Assembly: GCA_050186075.1 (NCBI GenBank)
Contig: JBFWYU010000004.1
Coordinates: forward strand, 15,337 to 79,336
Length of the DNA: 64,000 nt
Direction of reading: 5' to 3'
Source: Bacteroidia bacterium
GTDB lineage: Bacteria > Bacteroidota > Bacteroidia > SXHM01
In this document: positions 27,095 to 35,496 of the stretch, piece by piece
Numbering within the stretch: the stretch's first letter is position 1
How the letters are laid out: each line of letters begins with the position of its first letter
Program-made: the position numbers and the translations under genes
The notes under the pieces: model-generated
Told to the model about the DNA's origin: nothing
What the model saw: only the letters and a program-made list of their open reading frames with translations
The model's database searches: none

Positions 27095-27436
27095 TTACTT
27101 CCCTAATTGATATAAGGTAATAACAAGTGTTATCAGCAATATAACTGAATATATGTGCTTATTATATTTCGCCAACCATTCAGGAAGATAGATGTCAAAG
27201 TTTGCCTGTTGCGAATCGGTGTATTTGCGCGCAACAAGAGTTAAAGGACAATACGAACGAAAAATTAAAAGCACCAATCCCTCTGCAATAAATAATCCGT
27301 AGCCAATCCATAACCATAGGTTGAGCCTGTTAGTTACCGCAGCATACAGCATGTAAAATATTACCACATTGAAAAACAACAAGACCGCAGTATGCAGCAA
27401 TTTTATTGCAATCAGTTTGGTTTTGGCGGTTATCAT
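27095..27436 (-). CDS. Small membrane protein (DUF2784-like, 3 TM)
   Basis: 113 aa, hydrophobic helices and conserved SYCPLT motif. Confidence 0.45.
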   Translation of the reverse strand: MITAKTKLIAIKLLHTAVLLFFNVVIFYMLYAAVTNRLNLWLWIGYGLFIAEGLVLLIFRSYCPLTLVARKYTDSQQANFDIYLPEWLAKYNKHIYSVILLITLVITLYQLGK

Positions 27437-27494
27437 TATTCAACAGTATGTGTGTTTTAAAACTGTTCAATATCAATTATCACAAACATTTTGC

Positions 27495-28046
27495 TCAGCG
27501 TGTGTATTTACTCTTCACGCCAATTACTTCGTCCGTTTTATAACTTACGGTGTAGGTATATAATTCCGATAAAGCAGGGTCGTTAATAAATACTTTGCTA
27601 TGCTGCTTAGACAGCTCTTGCCAGAATAAATATAACAGCTTGTACATAGCTATTTGTTCTTCACCGGGAGGTGGATAATTATTTTGGTTTACTGCACTGC
27701 TCATTTCTTCATCCGAGGTTTCGTAATCACGAAATAATGTTTGATAAATTAACGCTGCATCGGGATCTGTTTTGTACTGCTCTTTCATATAATCCCACCA
27801 TTTGTAATTATAAAAGTGGGGAGTACTTACGGTGATGAAAACACTGCCGCCTGTTTGCATTATGCTTTTCTGGCGTTTAAACTTTTCATGTAACGTTGCA
27901 GTTGCCAGGCGGTATATCATTGAAGCGGTATCATCGGGTTCAATAAGCAGCGATGCCTCTACTCCACTTTCTGCAATAAGCTTGTGCTTATCACTGATGC
28001 GTGATACACGTTCAACACTTGATAAAGGACGCAGGGAGAGTTGCAT
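27495..28046 (-). CDS. Hypothetical protein, probably co-transcribed with the upstream hydroxylase
   Basis: 183 aa; 4-nt gap to the hydroxylase stop; no recognisable domain. Confidence 0.4.
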   Translation of the reverse strand: MQLSLRPLSSVERVSRISDKHKLIAESGVEASLLIEPDDTASMIYRLATATLHEKFKRQKSIMQTGGSVFITVSTPHFYNYKWWDYMKEQYKTDPDAALIYQTLFRDYETSDEEMSSAVNQNNYPPPGEEQIAMYKLLYLFWQELSKQHSKVFINDPALSELYTYTVSYKTDEVIGVKSKYTR

Positions 28047-28050
28047 GGTT

Positions 28051-28599
28051 TTACGCAGTTTGTGCTGCTGACGAAAAACTGAAATCAGTTGCGTAGATTT
28101 CTTTTATAACATCACCATCTGTTAACCATTGCATTGTCATCTTGCGCGGAACTTTTACTTGTTCCACTCTTACAAAGGTGCCGAACACACGATCCCAGAA
28201 ACGGGTTGTTACACCATGATTGGTTTTAGGATTATGAAAATGATGGTAGAAGTGATGTTTGCGGAAGGTGATGAAAATAAACAGCAAGGGGTCTTTGCTG
28301 TGGTAACGGAAATGCACGTATTCATAAAAAGCATACATGCCAAACAGCCCGGTAAGAAAAGCCAATACATGCAAAGCAGGTGCAACTAAATTAAGCACAC
28401 TAAAAAACAAAGTAAAAACAAATGCAGCGGCTATGCTTTTTTTCCACGCAGGCGCAAAGTAATTGGCTTTGGAATGGTGCTGTGTATGTTCTGCTTTAAA
28501 AAAATTACGGCCTTTATGCACATGCCCTAAAAAGCGGTGCATAACATATTCCAGAAAGGTCCAGCAGATAATGCCGGTAATAAATGCAATCAGTATCAT
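28051..28599 (-). CDS. Fatty-acid hydroxylase / sterol desaturase superfamily membrane enzyme (CrtZ-like size)
   Basis: Histidine boxes HRFLGHVH, HTQHHS, HFYHHFHNP within 4 TM helices. Confidence 0.7.
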   Translation of the reverse strand: MILIAFITGIICWTFLEYVMHRFLGHVHKGRNFFKAEHTQHHSKANYFAPAWKKSIAAAFVFTLFFSVLNLVAPALHVLAFLTGLFGMYAFYEYVHFRYHSKDPLLFIFITFRKHHFYHHFHNPKTNHGVTTRFWDRVFGTFVRVEQVKVPRKMTMQWLTDGDVIKEIYATDFSFSSAAQTA

Positions 28600-28689
28600 G
28601 GTAAAAGGTGGTTTTATAAACGGGTTTAAAATTAAGTATTCTCTGCTGCTGAAAAACGGTAGTAATTACTAATTATTGTTAAAGCTTAA

Positions 28690-28753
28690 GCCGCTTAACC
28701 TATCTGCCTTTTAACATAATGACTAAAAAGAACATTGCGCTCAGCGGGGCAGA
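28690..28753. repeat. Intergenic repeat family 2, copy A
   Basis: gccgcttaacc...ttaacataatgactaaaaagaacattgcgctcagcggggcag; shares a 60-nt core with copy B. Confidence 0.6.
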
Positions 28754-28754
28754 T

Positions 28755-28961
28755 TTAAGACCTGCTTTTTCTTTTCAGCAACTGAACAAACTGCGTAAAC
28801 TGTCCGCTGCGATGCCATTTATTGCAATGCCGACATTGATAAATAGTTTGCCCCTTTTGATACGCTTCTTCTTTGGTTGCGTAGCTTTTTTTTGAAAGGC
28901 ACATTTTGATTTTGCTTCGCTGTTTACGTGCCTCCTTTGCAAGATGATTGTACTTATTCAT
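28755..28961 (-). CDS. Small basic protein with CxxC motif (possible zinc-ribbon), hypothetical
   Basis: 68 aa, K/R-rich, ...YQCRHCNKWHRSGQ... Confidence 0.35.
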   Translation of the reverse strand: MNKYNHLAKEARKQRSKIKMCLSKKSYATKEEAYQKGQTIYQCRHCNKWHRSGQFTQFVQLLKRKSRS

Positions 28962-29029
28962 AAGCTATTCCTTTTTAAAGAATAACGGAATAAGTGGGTT
29001 AAATAGTATGTGTGAACAAAAAAATAATC

Positions 29030-29087
29030 AGATGCCGCTTAGCCAATCCGCCATTTAACATTATGCCTAAAGAACATTGCGCTCAGC
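29030..29087. repeat. Intergenic repeat family 2, copy B
   Basis: gccgcttagccaatccgccatttaacattatgcctaaagaacattgcgctcagcgggg. Confidence 0.6.
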
Positions 29088-29672
29088 GGGGTTAAGTTTA
29101 TGGTTTTTCAGAAGAGTTATTACAGGAGGAAGTGATTCAATAATGTTATTTTTCAACTGATGTTCTAAAGGCAGATAAGTAAGAACACCATTATCAAATG
29201 AAGCTTTCTCAATAATCTTAATTGATATTATATCTTTTATCAATGCATTTACATCGTATTCTGCTGTTTTGTCAAAATAGATACATACATTAACATATTC
29301 TAACTTGTTTCTTCCTTTGTCATCATACTTTTCTAACCAAAAAATCTGAGTAAAATAAGTATCATATGTTCCCTCGTAATAAAGTTCTTCATGGATACTG
29401 AACCCATTCTCAAGGATGCTATTAAATGATTGCAGATTTTCTAACTTTTTCTTTCTTTTCCAATATTCTTCAATAAAGAAACCTAAACTCCAACCCAACA
29501 AAGCAAAACCAAAACCAAATGCAAATCCCATCCAGAGAGATGTTTCCCATGCTCTGATTTTATTCTGTAACCCACTTATAAAAAAGAGAGTTCCAAAGAC
29601 AAAACCTGTAATAATTGCATTCTTCAGATAACGTTTGTAAGCATCTTTTCTGATTATTGAAACAGGTATCAT
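29067..29672 (-). CDS. Hypothetical membrane protein (2-3 TM, AT-rich gene)
   Basis: 201 aa; hydrophobic N-terminal half, soluble C-terminal half; no family recognised. Confidence 0.4.
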   Translation of the reverse strand: MIPVSIIRKDAYKRYLKNAIITGFVFGTLFFISGLQNKIRAWETSLWMGFAFGFGFALLGWSLGFFIEEYWKRKKKLENLQSFNSILENGFSIHEELYYEGTYDTYFTQIFWLEKYDDKGRNKLEYVNVCIYFDKTAEYDVNALIKDIISIKIIEKASFDNGVLTYLPLEHQLKNNIIESLPPVITLLKNHKLNPAERNVL

Positions 29673-29763
29673 CGTTGTCCGATTTTTAACTCTTAAATTG
29701 TACAGTATGACAAAAATAATTTAAAAGCATAATTATAAATTCTGCAATGTTCCAAGCGGCATT

Positions 29764-29821
29764 ATCCGCCTCAGGCGGACCGCTTAGCGCAAACGCATTG
29801 AACATTCAGCTGAGCGGGGCA
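29764..29821. repeat. Intergenic repeat family 2, copy C (hybrid with the GC hairpin of family 1)
   Basis: tccgcctcaggcggac-cgcttagcgcaaacgcattgaacattcagctgagcggggcag. Confidence 0.55.
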
Positions 29822-29825
29822 GTTA

Positions 29826-30935
29826 CTATTTGCTTTTCAAAATCCAGTTCAGTCGTAAATTAAATGTCTTGAAATTTTTCCAGTCAGGCGAATTGTTGGT
29901 GTATTTGGGTTGAGAAAGTGAGGCAAAGTCAAAATTAATGTTCATTGGTATTTTAGTCAACTTGTAAAGAGGAACCTGAAGTCCGAGCCCGTATGTGAAA
30001 GGGGTAATTTTGTCGTAGTTGATGGATGGGTAACCAAAGTCATATTGTTTTTCAAAATAGTAACCAGCGCGAAGTGATAATATCTCAAAAAGCATTAGTT
30101 CACCACCTACCCGAATAGCGGTCTCATATTCTGAGTTTAAAAGGTTTTGGTATTCACCTTGAACTAAAAAAACAAGAGTTGTTAAAGTGTCTATAAGCAC
30201 GTGCTTGGCAAGGTTAAACTGATAATTTGCGCCAAAGCGAGCAACAACGGGCAAATCGTTTTTAATCGTTGTTCCGTTATATTCAAGTGTGATTTTGGAA
30301 TTATTAAGATTTGAAATGCTTGCCCCGACATTTAGTGAATGTCCGGTGCTTTGCTTTTGTAAGAATTTGATTTTTTTAATTATCCCAAAGTCAACGTAAA
30401 GTGAGTTGGCGGCTTTGTCAAGTCCCGGCTGCCAAACTAAATTGGTTAAGTTAAGTCCGATAAGAAGATTTTTTATTGGTTCAGAAGATACAGTCAACGT
30501 ATTTCTTTCGGAATAAGGTTTTTTGTTTACGTTTTGGATTTCTGTCTTACCAAAATCAAAGCGAAATTTAGAAACAGCAATCTGTATAGATGGTCCAGGT
30601 CCTGTTGGTAAAGGTGTCCACCCGCTCTTTTTAAACATATTGCGTAACGATAAGTTTAATCCTGCACTGAAATACCAATAATAACCTTCTGTCAAATAGA
30701 ATGGCGGTGGTGTATAAGAGCCATTTGTTTCTACACCTTTAATTGTTGCAGCACCCGCTGGATTAAAATAAATAGTAGTCAAGTCACCATCAATAGAAGT
30801 ATAACTTCTACCCATTGCCTCTGCACGTGCATTTTGTTGTCTGCCAAAAAAATTCTCTTTTAGGAAATAGTATTTATACTGTCCGAAAGAAGTAAACGGA
30901 AGTAGTAAAAGAAAAATGATTATCAGTCGTGTCAT
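29826..30935 (-). CDS. Outer-membrane beta-barrel protein, PorV/PorQ-like (T9SS-associated family), tentative
   Basis: Signal peptide. N-terminal ARAEAMGRSYTSIDGDLTTIYFNPAGAA motif reminiscent of the PorV/PorQ family; beta-strand periodicity; C-terminal aromatic. Confidence 0.4.
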   Translation of the reverse strand: MTRLIIIFLLLLPFTSFGQYKYYFLKENFFGRQQNARAEAMGRSYTSIDGDLTTIYFNPAGAATIKGVETNGSYTPPPFYLTEGYYWYFSAGLNLSLRNMFKKSGWTPLPTGPGPSIQIAVSKFRFDFGKTEIQNVNKKPYSERNTLTVSSEPIKNLLIGLNLTNLVWQPGLDKAANSLYVDFGIIKKIKFLQKQSTGHSLNVGASISNLNNSKITLEYNGTTIKNDLPVVARFGANYQFNLAKHVLIDTLTTLVFLVQGEYQNLLNSEYETAIRVGGELMLFEILSLRAGYYFEKQYDFGYPSINYDKITPFTYGLGLQVPLYKLTKIPMNINFDFASLSQPKYTNNSPDWKNFKTFNLRLNWILKSK

Positions 30936-31169
30936 TGGTCGTTTGCTTTAATTGCCCATAACTTATCTATACCCGAAACCTTATTTCGCATATCCACACC
31001 CCCTTGGTTAGACTTGCGAAAATTTGGTGTTATTGCATAGCATTCTGTCAACAACATTATTAAAATTATTTTATAAATCAAATACCAACAGCAATTTGTT
31101 GCTGAGGAAATACGGCCTTATACCGTAGTTGTTAAGGATGCACAGAAAAAGTAAAAGTATGTACACAGA

Positions 31170-31421
31170 ATTATAATGTTTGCATATATACTTATAAACT
31201 ATGCCCGGAGATTTATAAAGTTTGCAGAGATACTTTTTAACTATGTATAGTCGTTTATAAAGTTTGCCTGCATACTTTTAAACTATGCATAAAGAATATA
31301 TAAGTATGCACGCTTAGTTGTAAACTATGCATACAGAATTATAAAGTTTGTGTGCAGAATTATAAACTATGTATGCAGAATTATAACGTTTGCACAAATA
31401 CTTATACTTTTTGCAAGCATA
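31170..31421. repeat. Array of 12 strictly phased 21-bp AT-rich direct repeats (iteron-like), alternating two subtypes
   Basis: Units start at 31170, 31191, 31212 ... 31401 (exact 21-nt spacing). Type A ttataaagtttgcNNNNNatac, type B ttataaactatgNNNNNagaa (42-bp super-unit x6). Confidence 0.8.
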
Positions 31422-31694
31422 CTTAACTAAAATGGCGGAAAAAGAAAAAGCTTTCTTCACAAACCTGTAAGCGTTGCGAAGAAAGCTTTAAACTCCGGCT
31501 GCCGGACTGCCGGCTAAAAATTATTAATTGATGATGAGTGAATAAGGTTGACTCCAATTGCCTGTTCCGTCTTTAGGGGTGGTTACCCTATGGCGAAAAT
31601 ACTGACGCGTTACCGGCTGCAAGCCTGCAACAGTTGTAGTTGCCTTTATAGTTGTTGGCAAAGGTTGCCAGTTAATACCATCACCTGATGTAGC

Positions 31695-32144
31695 CTACTC
31701 ATGAAACGAACGCATGGGAGCGCCCGGAGCAAAAAGGTCAACTATACCTGAAGTAATTGTGTTTTTTGCATGAAACACTACTTTCTGCCTTATTGCAGTC
31801 ATTTTTATGCGCATGCCACCTTTTTCGGCTATGTCAGCAGCCTGTGAAGGGTTAGCATTAACAGCAGTTTGCACTACCACTTTCAGCATATTAATATCCG
31901 AAACTACTAATCCCAGCGGTATATTTCTTGCAGCAGCAGTGCCTGTTCCGGCTATAACGGCTGCCTCGGCATTTTCCAGTGCCTGAATATTGGCATCTAT
32001 TGCTGTAAGCACTGTAGCCGGAATTACAAAAAGTGCCGGATACTGTTGAATAGCTGCAAGCAATGCATCAGCATCCAGAATTAGTTGTGGAACTTTGGTA
32101 GCAATCTTGTAAACGACTACCGGATGTTTTGGAAAGTTTGTCAT
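31695..32144 (-). CDS. Hypothetical protein; ORF ends at a TAG that is followed in-frame by 57 further sense codons (31522..31694)
   Basis: 149 aa ORF. In-frame downstream extension ATSGDGINWQPLPTTIKATTTVAGLQPVTRQYFRHRVTTPKDGTGNWSQPYSLIIN. Confidence 0.4.
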   Translation of the reverse strand: MTNFPKHPVVVYKIATKVPQLILDADALLAAIQQYPALFVIPATVLTAIDANIQALENAEAAVIAGTGTAAARNIPLGLVVSDINMLKVVVQTAVNANPSQAADIAEKGGMRIKMTAIRQKVVFHAKNTITSGIVDLFAPGAPMRSFHE

Positions 32145-32314
32145 GTGTTTAGAATTAAATGGTTAAATTTTTTGAATTTTTCAAAAAAACAGTCGCAAGT
32201 TAGAACCCTGAAAAACAGCGGTTGACCCATTTAAATCCTATGTGACCTTTTCAGTAACCATTCAAACCTTTGTTGGTTACATTATCACCTAATCTGACCC
32301 TTTTAGTCCTTTTT

Positions 32315-32587
32315 TTAGTTGTCTGCTTTTTTCTTTTTCCCTAACTCCTGGGGCAAAGGCAGGGGCGGTTCAAAGCCCATGTGGTCAAACAGCAGTTGCA
32401 GCATGGGTATGGTCCAGAAGTTTGAACCTCTTTTGCCGGAAGGGCGCAGGGCTTTGCGCATAGCATCTAACTCATCATTAATGCCCTCGATGTTCTTTTT
32501 AAATGTGTTTTTAGAATAACCATAGCGGGCTGCCAATGTTTTATTGGTTTCCTTATGGTATTTTGAAAAATCCCAGGTTTGCTTCAT
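32315..32587 (-). CDS. DUF4248-like small protein (family found in Bacteroidetes integrative/mobilisable elements)
   Basis: 90 aa; ...FWTIPMLQLLFDHMGFEPP resembles the conserved ...FTPAQV.LIVEYLGEP C-terminus of DUF4248 proteins; helix-turn-helix-like AARYGYSKNTF segment. Confidence 0.4.
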   Translation of the reverse strand: MKQTWDFSKYHKETNKTLAARYGYSKNTFKKNIEGINDELDAMRKALRPSGKRGSNFWTIPMLQLLFDHMGFEPPLPLPQELGKKKKADN

Positions 32588-32975
32588 GGTACATTGTTAT
32601 TGGTTAACTCTTAAACCGCACAGCCGCACGCAGACAAAGGCCCTATAGCCTGCACACAAAAGCATGTTGATTAAAAAAGTAAACCTATAACAATGAAGCC
32701 GGGGGTTAAAAACAGAGTAGAAATGTTACGCTATGCCGGAAGTGGTTTTGGATTAAGAGCAGTAAATTTATAAAAATTATTATTTACAATGCAAGCGGGC
32801 ATCCGTTAACAAGATACTGCTGATAAGGCCTGTTTTATATTTTTATGCTCAACAAAGCTTTGGCAATGGCCTTAGCCTTGGTTGCTGAAAAGATCTTACA
32901 CCCGGTCAACGCCTGAGGAGGAAGAGGGAAGCAAAGGGGTGTCACAACGTGACGGGGTGAGTTAAAAAGAAAACC

Positions 32976-32999
32976 CCGTATCGCCTGAGGCGATACGGA
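32976..32999. terminator. Rho-independent terminator downstream of the fasciclin gene (bidirectional stem-loop)
   Basis: ccgtatcgcc-tgag-ggcgatacgg 10-bp stem with T-rich tracts on both sides. Confidence 0.6.
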
Positions 33000-33030
33000 G
33001 TTTTCTTCACTCTAAAACCCACGTTGCCGC

Positions 33031-33591
33031 TTACTTCTGCGGGGGCAACAGCACCGCATCAATCACATACACCATACCATTGGAGGCAGGCACGGCAGCA
33101 AGAATGTTTGCACCGTTAATTTGTTTTTTTCCGTCAACAATGGTGATGGTTGCACTTTGTCCGTTCACCATACCCAGCTTCATTCCGTCTTTCAGAAAAT
33201 CTTCTTTCAGCGCACTGGTAGTAACGTGATACTCCAGAATGTTGGTAAGGTCTTTTTTAGCTTCGGGTTTCAATAAACCTTCTACAGTGCCTGCGGGTAG
33301 TGCATCAAATGCTTTGTTAACCGGAGCAAATACAGTAAATGGTCCGGCATTGCTCAATACATCTACCAGTTGTGCAGCCTGCACTGCTGCAACTAAGGTA
33401 GTATGGTCGGGCGAACCAACAGCTACTTTAACCACATCGGGTTGTGACATATCATCTTTTACTGCGCTTTGTCCGGCAGCAGGAGCAGCCTGATCAGTTG
33501 TTGCAGAAGTTGCTGCATTTTCATCGGATGAACTGCATGATGCTGCAACGAACCCTAATGCTATTGCAAATGTTTTAAAAATTGTTTTCAT
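33031..33591 (-). CDS. Fasciclin (FAS1) domain lipoprotein
   Basis: Lipobox VAASCSSS; FAS1 motifs TVFAPVNKAFDALP ... LEYHV ... MVYVIDAVLLP. Confidence 0.85.
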   Translation of the reverse strand: MKTIFKTFAIALGFVAASCSSSDENAATSATTDQAAPAAGQSAVKDDMSQPDVVKVAVGSPDHTTLVAAVQAAQLVDVLSNAGPFTVFAPVNKAFDALPAGTVEGLLKPEAKKDLTNILEYHVTTSALKEDFLKDGMKLGMVNGQSATITIVDGKKQINGANILAAVPASNGMVYVIDAVLLPPQK

Positions 33592-33817
33592 AATAAATGA
33601 GTTTTAAATGGTTAATGGTTTCGGGTACAAATGTATTTTGCAAAAAGGGAGGCAGTAATGAGGTTGGTCAGTAAAAAATATGATTGTAATCAATAAAAAG
33701 ACCTTTTTATCTTTTTATATCAGAATGACCTATATCATCTGCGAACATTACATACATCATATTGGTTATAGAAAAGGAATAAGAACTTTGCAAACGAAAT
33801 TTTAAAATTCAAACATC

Positions 33818-34285
33818 ATGCGCTATTCAGGTATACAAACAGCTTTGATTTCAGCAGCCATTGTATGTATTGCAGCCGCCTGCAGCAATACTACAGGCAA
33901 TGAAAATGCAGCTACAGCAGTTAGTTCAGAAAACTTTGTTGCCGAAAAAATAAACGGAAAATATACGGTTGACCGTGCCACATCCGAAGAACTGAAAGTG
34001 ATGGAAAACACGGTAGTAAATTTTACGGTGATGATAAAACGCCAGCCTGAGAATATGGCTGCATATAATGAATACGGCAATCTGCTGCAGAACCATATTG
34101 AGCGTATTAATAAATACTGCGGCCTTGATGCCAACACCAAAACCGAACTTTGCAATAACCTGAACCTTATCAGCGAAAAAGTTCCTGCGCTGCAACAAAA
34201 TGATGTTGCTGCCGCAGCCCAGGCAACCGGTGAAATAAATACGCTCTTCGCAAAAATTGATTCGTCTTTTGCATTCAGAAACTAA
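33818..34285 (+). CDS. Hypothetical lipoprotein
   Basis: Signal peptide with lipobox (AAACSNT); 155 aa; no domain recognised. Confidence 0.45.
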   Translation: MRYSGIQTALISAAIVCIAAACSNTTGNENAATAVSSENFVAEKINGKYTVDRATSEELKVMENTVVNFTVMIKRQPENMAAYNEYGNLLQNHIERINKYCGLDANTKTELCNNLNLISEKVPALQQNDVAAAAQATGEINTLFAKIDSSFAFRN

Positions 34286-34304
34286 ACAATAATTTTGCGG
34301 CCCT

Positions 34305-34745
34305 ATGATGTTCTCTAAAAGTTGTGAGTATGCTATTAAAGCAGTGCTGCACTTATGTATTCACACCAAAGACGGGAACAAACTCGGCATACACGAAATT
34401 GCGGAAGCCATAGAATCGCCCGAACCATTTACGGCAAAAATTCTGCAAACGCTGGTAAAGCATAAAATCATCAATTCTTCAAAAGGTCCCGGTGGCGGTT
34501 TTTTTATTGATAAAAAAGCAAAGCCCATTGTAGTAATGGATATTATTGAAATCATTGACGGCAAATCAGCTTTTGAACGTTGCGGCCTTGGATTAAAACA
34601 CTGCGATGCCAGTCACCCCTGCCCTATTCATAATGAGTTTGTCAATTACTCACAGAAACTGAAAAACCTGTTGGAGAAAAAAACCATTCAGGAGTTTTCG
34701 GCAAGCATTGCGGCAGGAAAATCGTTTATCTCTAATTTAAGCTAA
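34305..34745 (+). CDS. Rrf2-family transcriptional regulator (IscR/NsrR-like, three-Cys cluster)
   Basis: N-terminal wHTH (CEYAIKAVLHLC...LGIHEIAEAIESPEPFTAKILQTLVKHKII); C-terminal Cys residues (C..C.....C) as in Fe-S Rrf2 regulators. Sits directly upstream of the nos locus. Confidence 0.8.
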   Translation: MMFSKSCEYAIKAVLHLCIHTKDGNKLGIHEIAEAIESPEPFTAKILQTLVKHKIINSSKGPGGGFFIDKKAKPIVVMDIIEIIDGKSAFERCGLGLKHCDASHPCPIHNEFVNYSQKLKNLLEKKTIQEFSASIAAGKSFISNLS

Positions 34746-34747
34746 AC

Positions 34748-34839
34748 CGTCATTGCGATCTGCCAGAGGCGGAGAAGCAATCTCCCGTTTAAATACTTTA
34801 CCTCATTGTAAGATTGCTCAGCTATCACCCGCAATCACG
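34748..34839. repeat. REP-like nested palindromic intergenic element, copy 2 of 4
   Basis: cgtcattgcgatctgccagaggcggagaagcaatctc...taagattgctcagctatcacccgcaatcacg; begins 3 nt after the Rrf2 stop. Confidence 0.65.
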
Positions 34840-34965
34840 TTATTATAACTCAATAAAAGATAAAAAGGTCTTTTTATTGACATTAATCATAATTTTGACT
34901 GACCGAACTCATTATGTATAACCCAACACGGGGCTAATTTTGTCCCGTAATCAAAAACAATCCTT

Positions 34966-35460
34966 ATGAAAAACATAACATTTAAACTAATTACAGGAAG
35001 TATTCTGGCAACAGCAATTGCAGTAATGGCAAGTTGCTCAGGAGGTGAAACAACCAATACCTCAGGCACAGCACCTGAAAGTATGATAAACAAACCTGCA
35101 GCCGATAACGGTGAAGGAATTGGAAAATTCAGCGGTATAACATTGGCAGCTTTTGATGCCACACTGGCTGCATCAGGCAAAAGCGTATTTGAAACCAAAT
35201 GCTCTGCCTGCCACAAAATAACCGACCAGAAAATTGTAGGTCCCGGACTTAAAGGCGTTACTCAACGCAGAAAACCAGCCTGGATTTTAAACATGATCAC
35301 TAATCCCGAGGAGATGACTAAAAAAGATCCTCAGGCAATGAAGTTGCTGGAAGAACACCTTACCCAAATGACCTTTCAGAATGTAACCGATGATGAGGCA
35401 AAAGCTATTCTCGAATACATGCGTGAAATAGACGGTGAAGGAACAACCGCACAACAATAA
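34966..35460 (+). CDS. Mono-haem c-type cytochrome lipoprotein (nos-associated)
   Basis: Lipobox MASCSGG; haem-binding CSACH; Met-rich C-terminal half. A TAATTTTG -7-type promoter motif lies at 34935..34942. Confidence 0.8.
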   Translation: MKNITFKLITGSILATAIAVMASCSGGETTNTSGTAPESMINKPAADNGEGIGKFSGITLAAFDATLAASGKSVFETKCSACHKITDQKIVGPGLKGVTQRRKPAWILNMITNPEEMTKKDPQAMKLLEEHLTQMTFQNVTDDEAKAILEYMREIDGEGTTAQQ

Positions 35461-35496
35461 TCACAATCAATTAAAACCAATCAAAACCAGTTAACA

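Noticed and set aside
31170-31421. Possibility that the 21-bp arrays (31.2 kb and 7.5 kb) are CRISPR arrays
   Set aside because: Units are contiguous with no unique spacers, the period of 21 bp is too short, and no cas genes are nearby.
32861-32960. GA-rich structured stretch (ggaggaagagggaagcaaagg ... gtcacaacgtgac) considered as SRP RNA, RNase P RNA or riboswitch
   Set aside because: It matches none of the conserved cores I know for 4.5S/SRP, RNase P or common riboswitches. It is most simply part of the 3' UTR/terminator region of the fasciclin gene.
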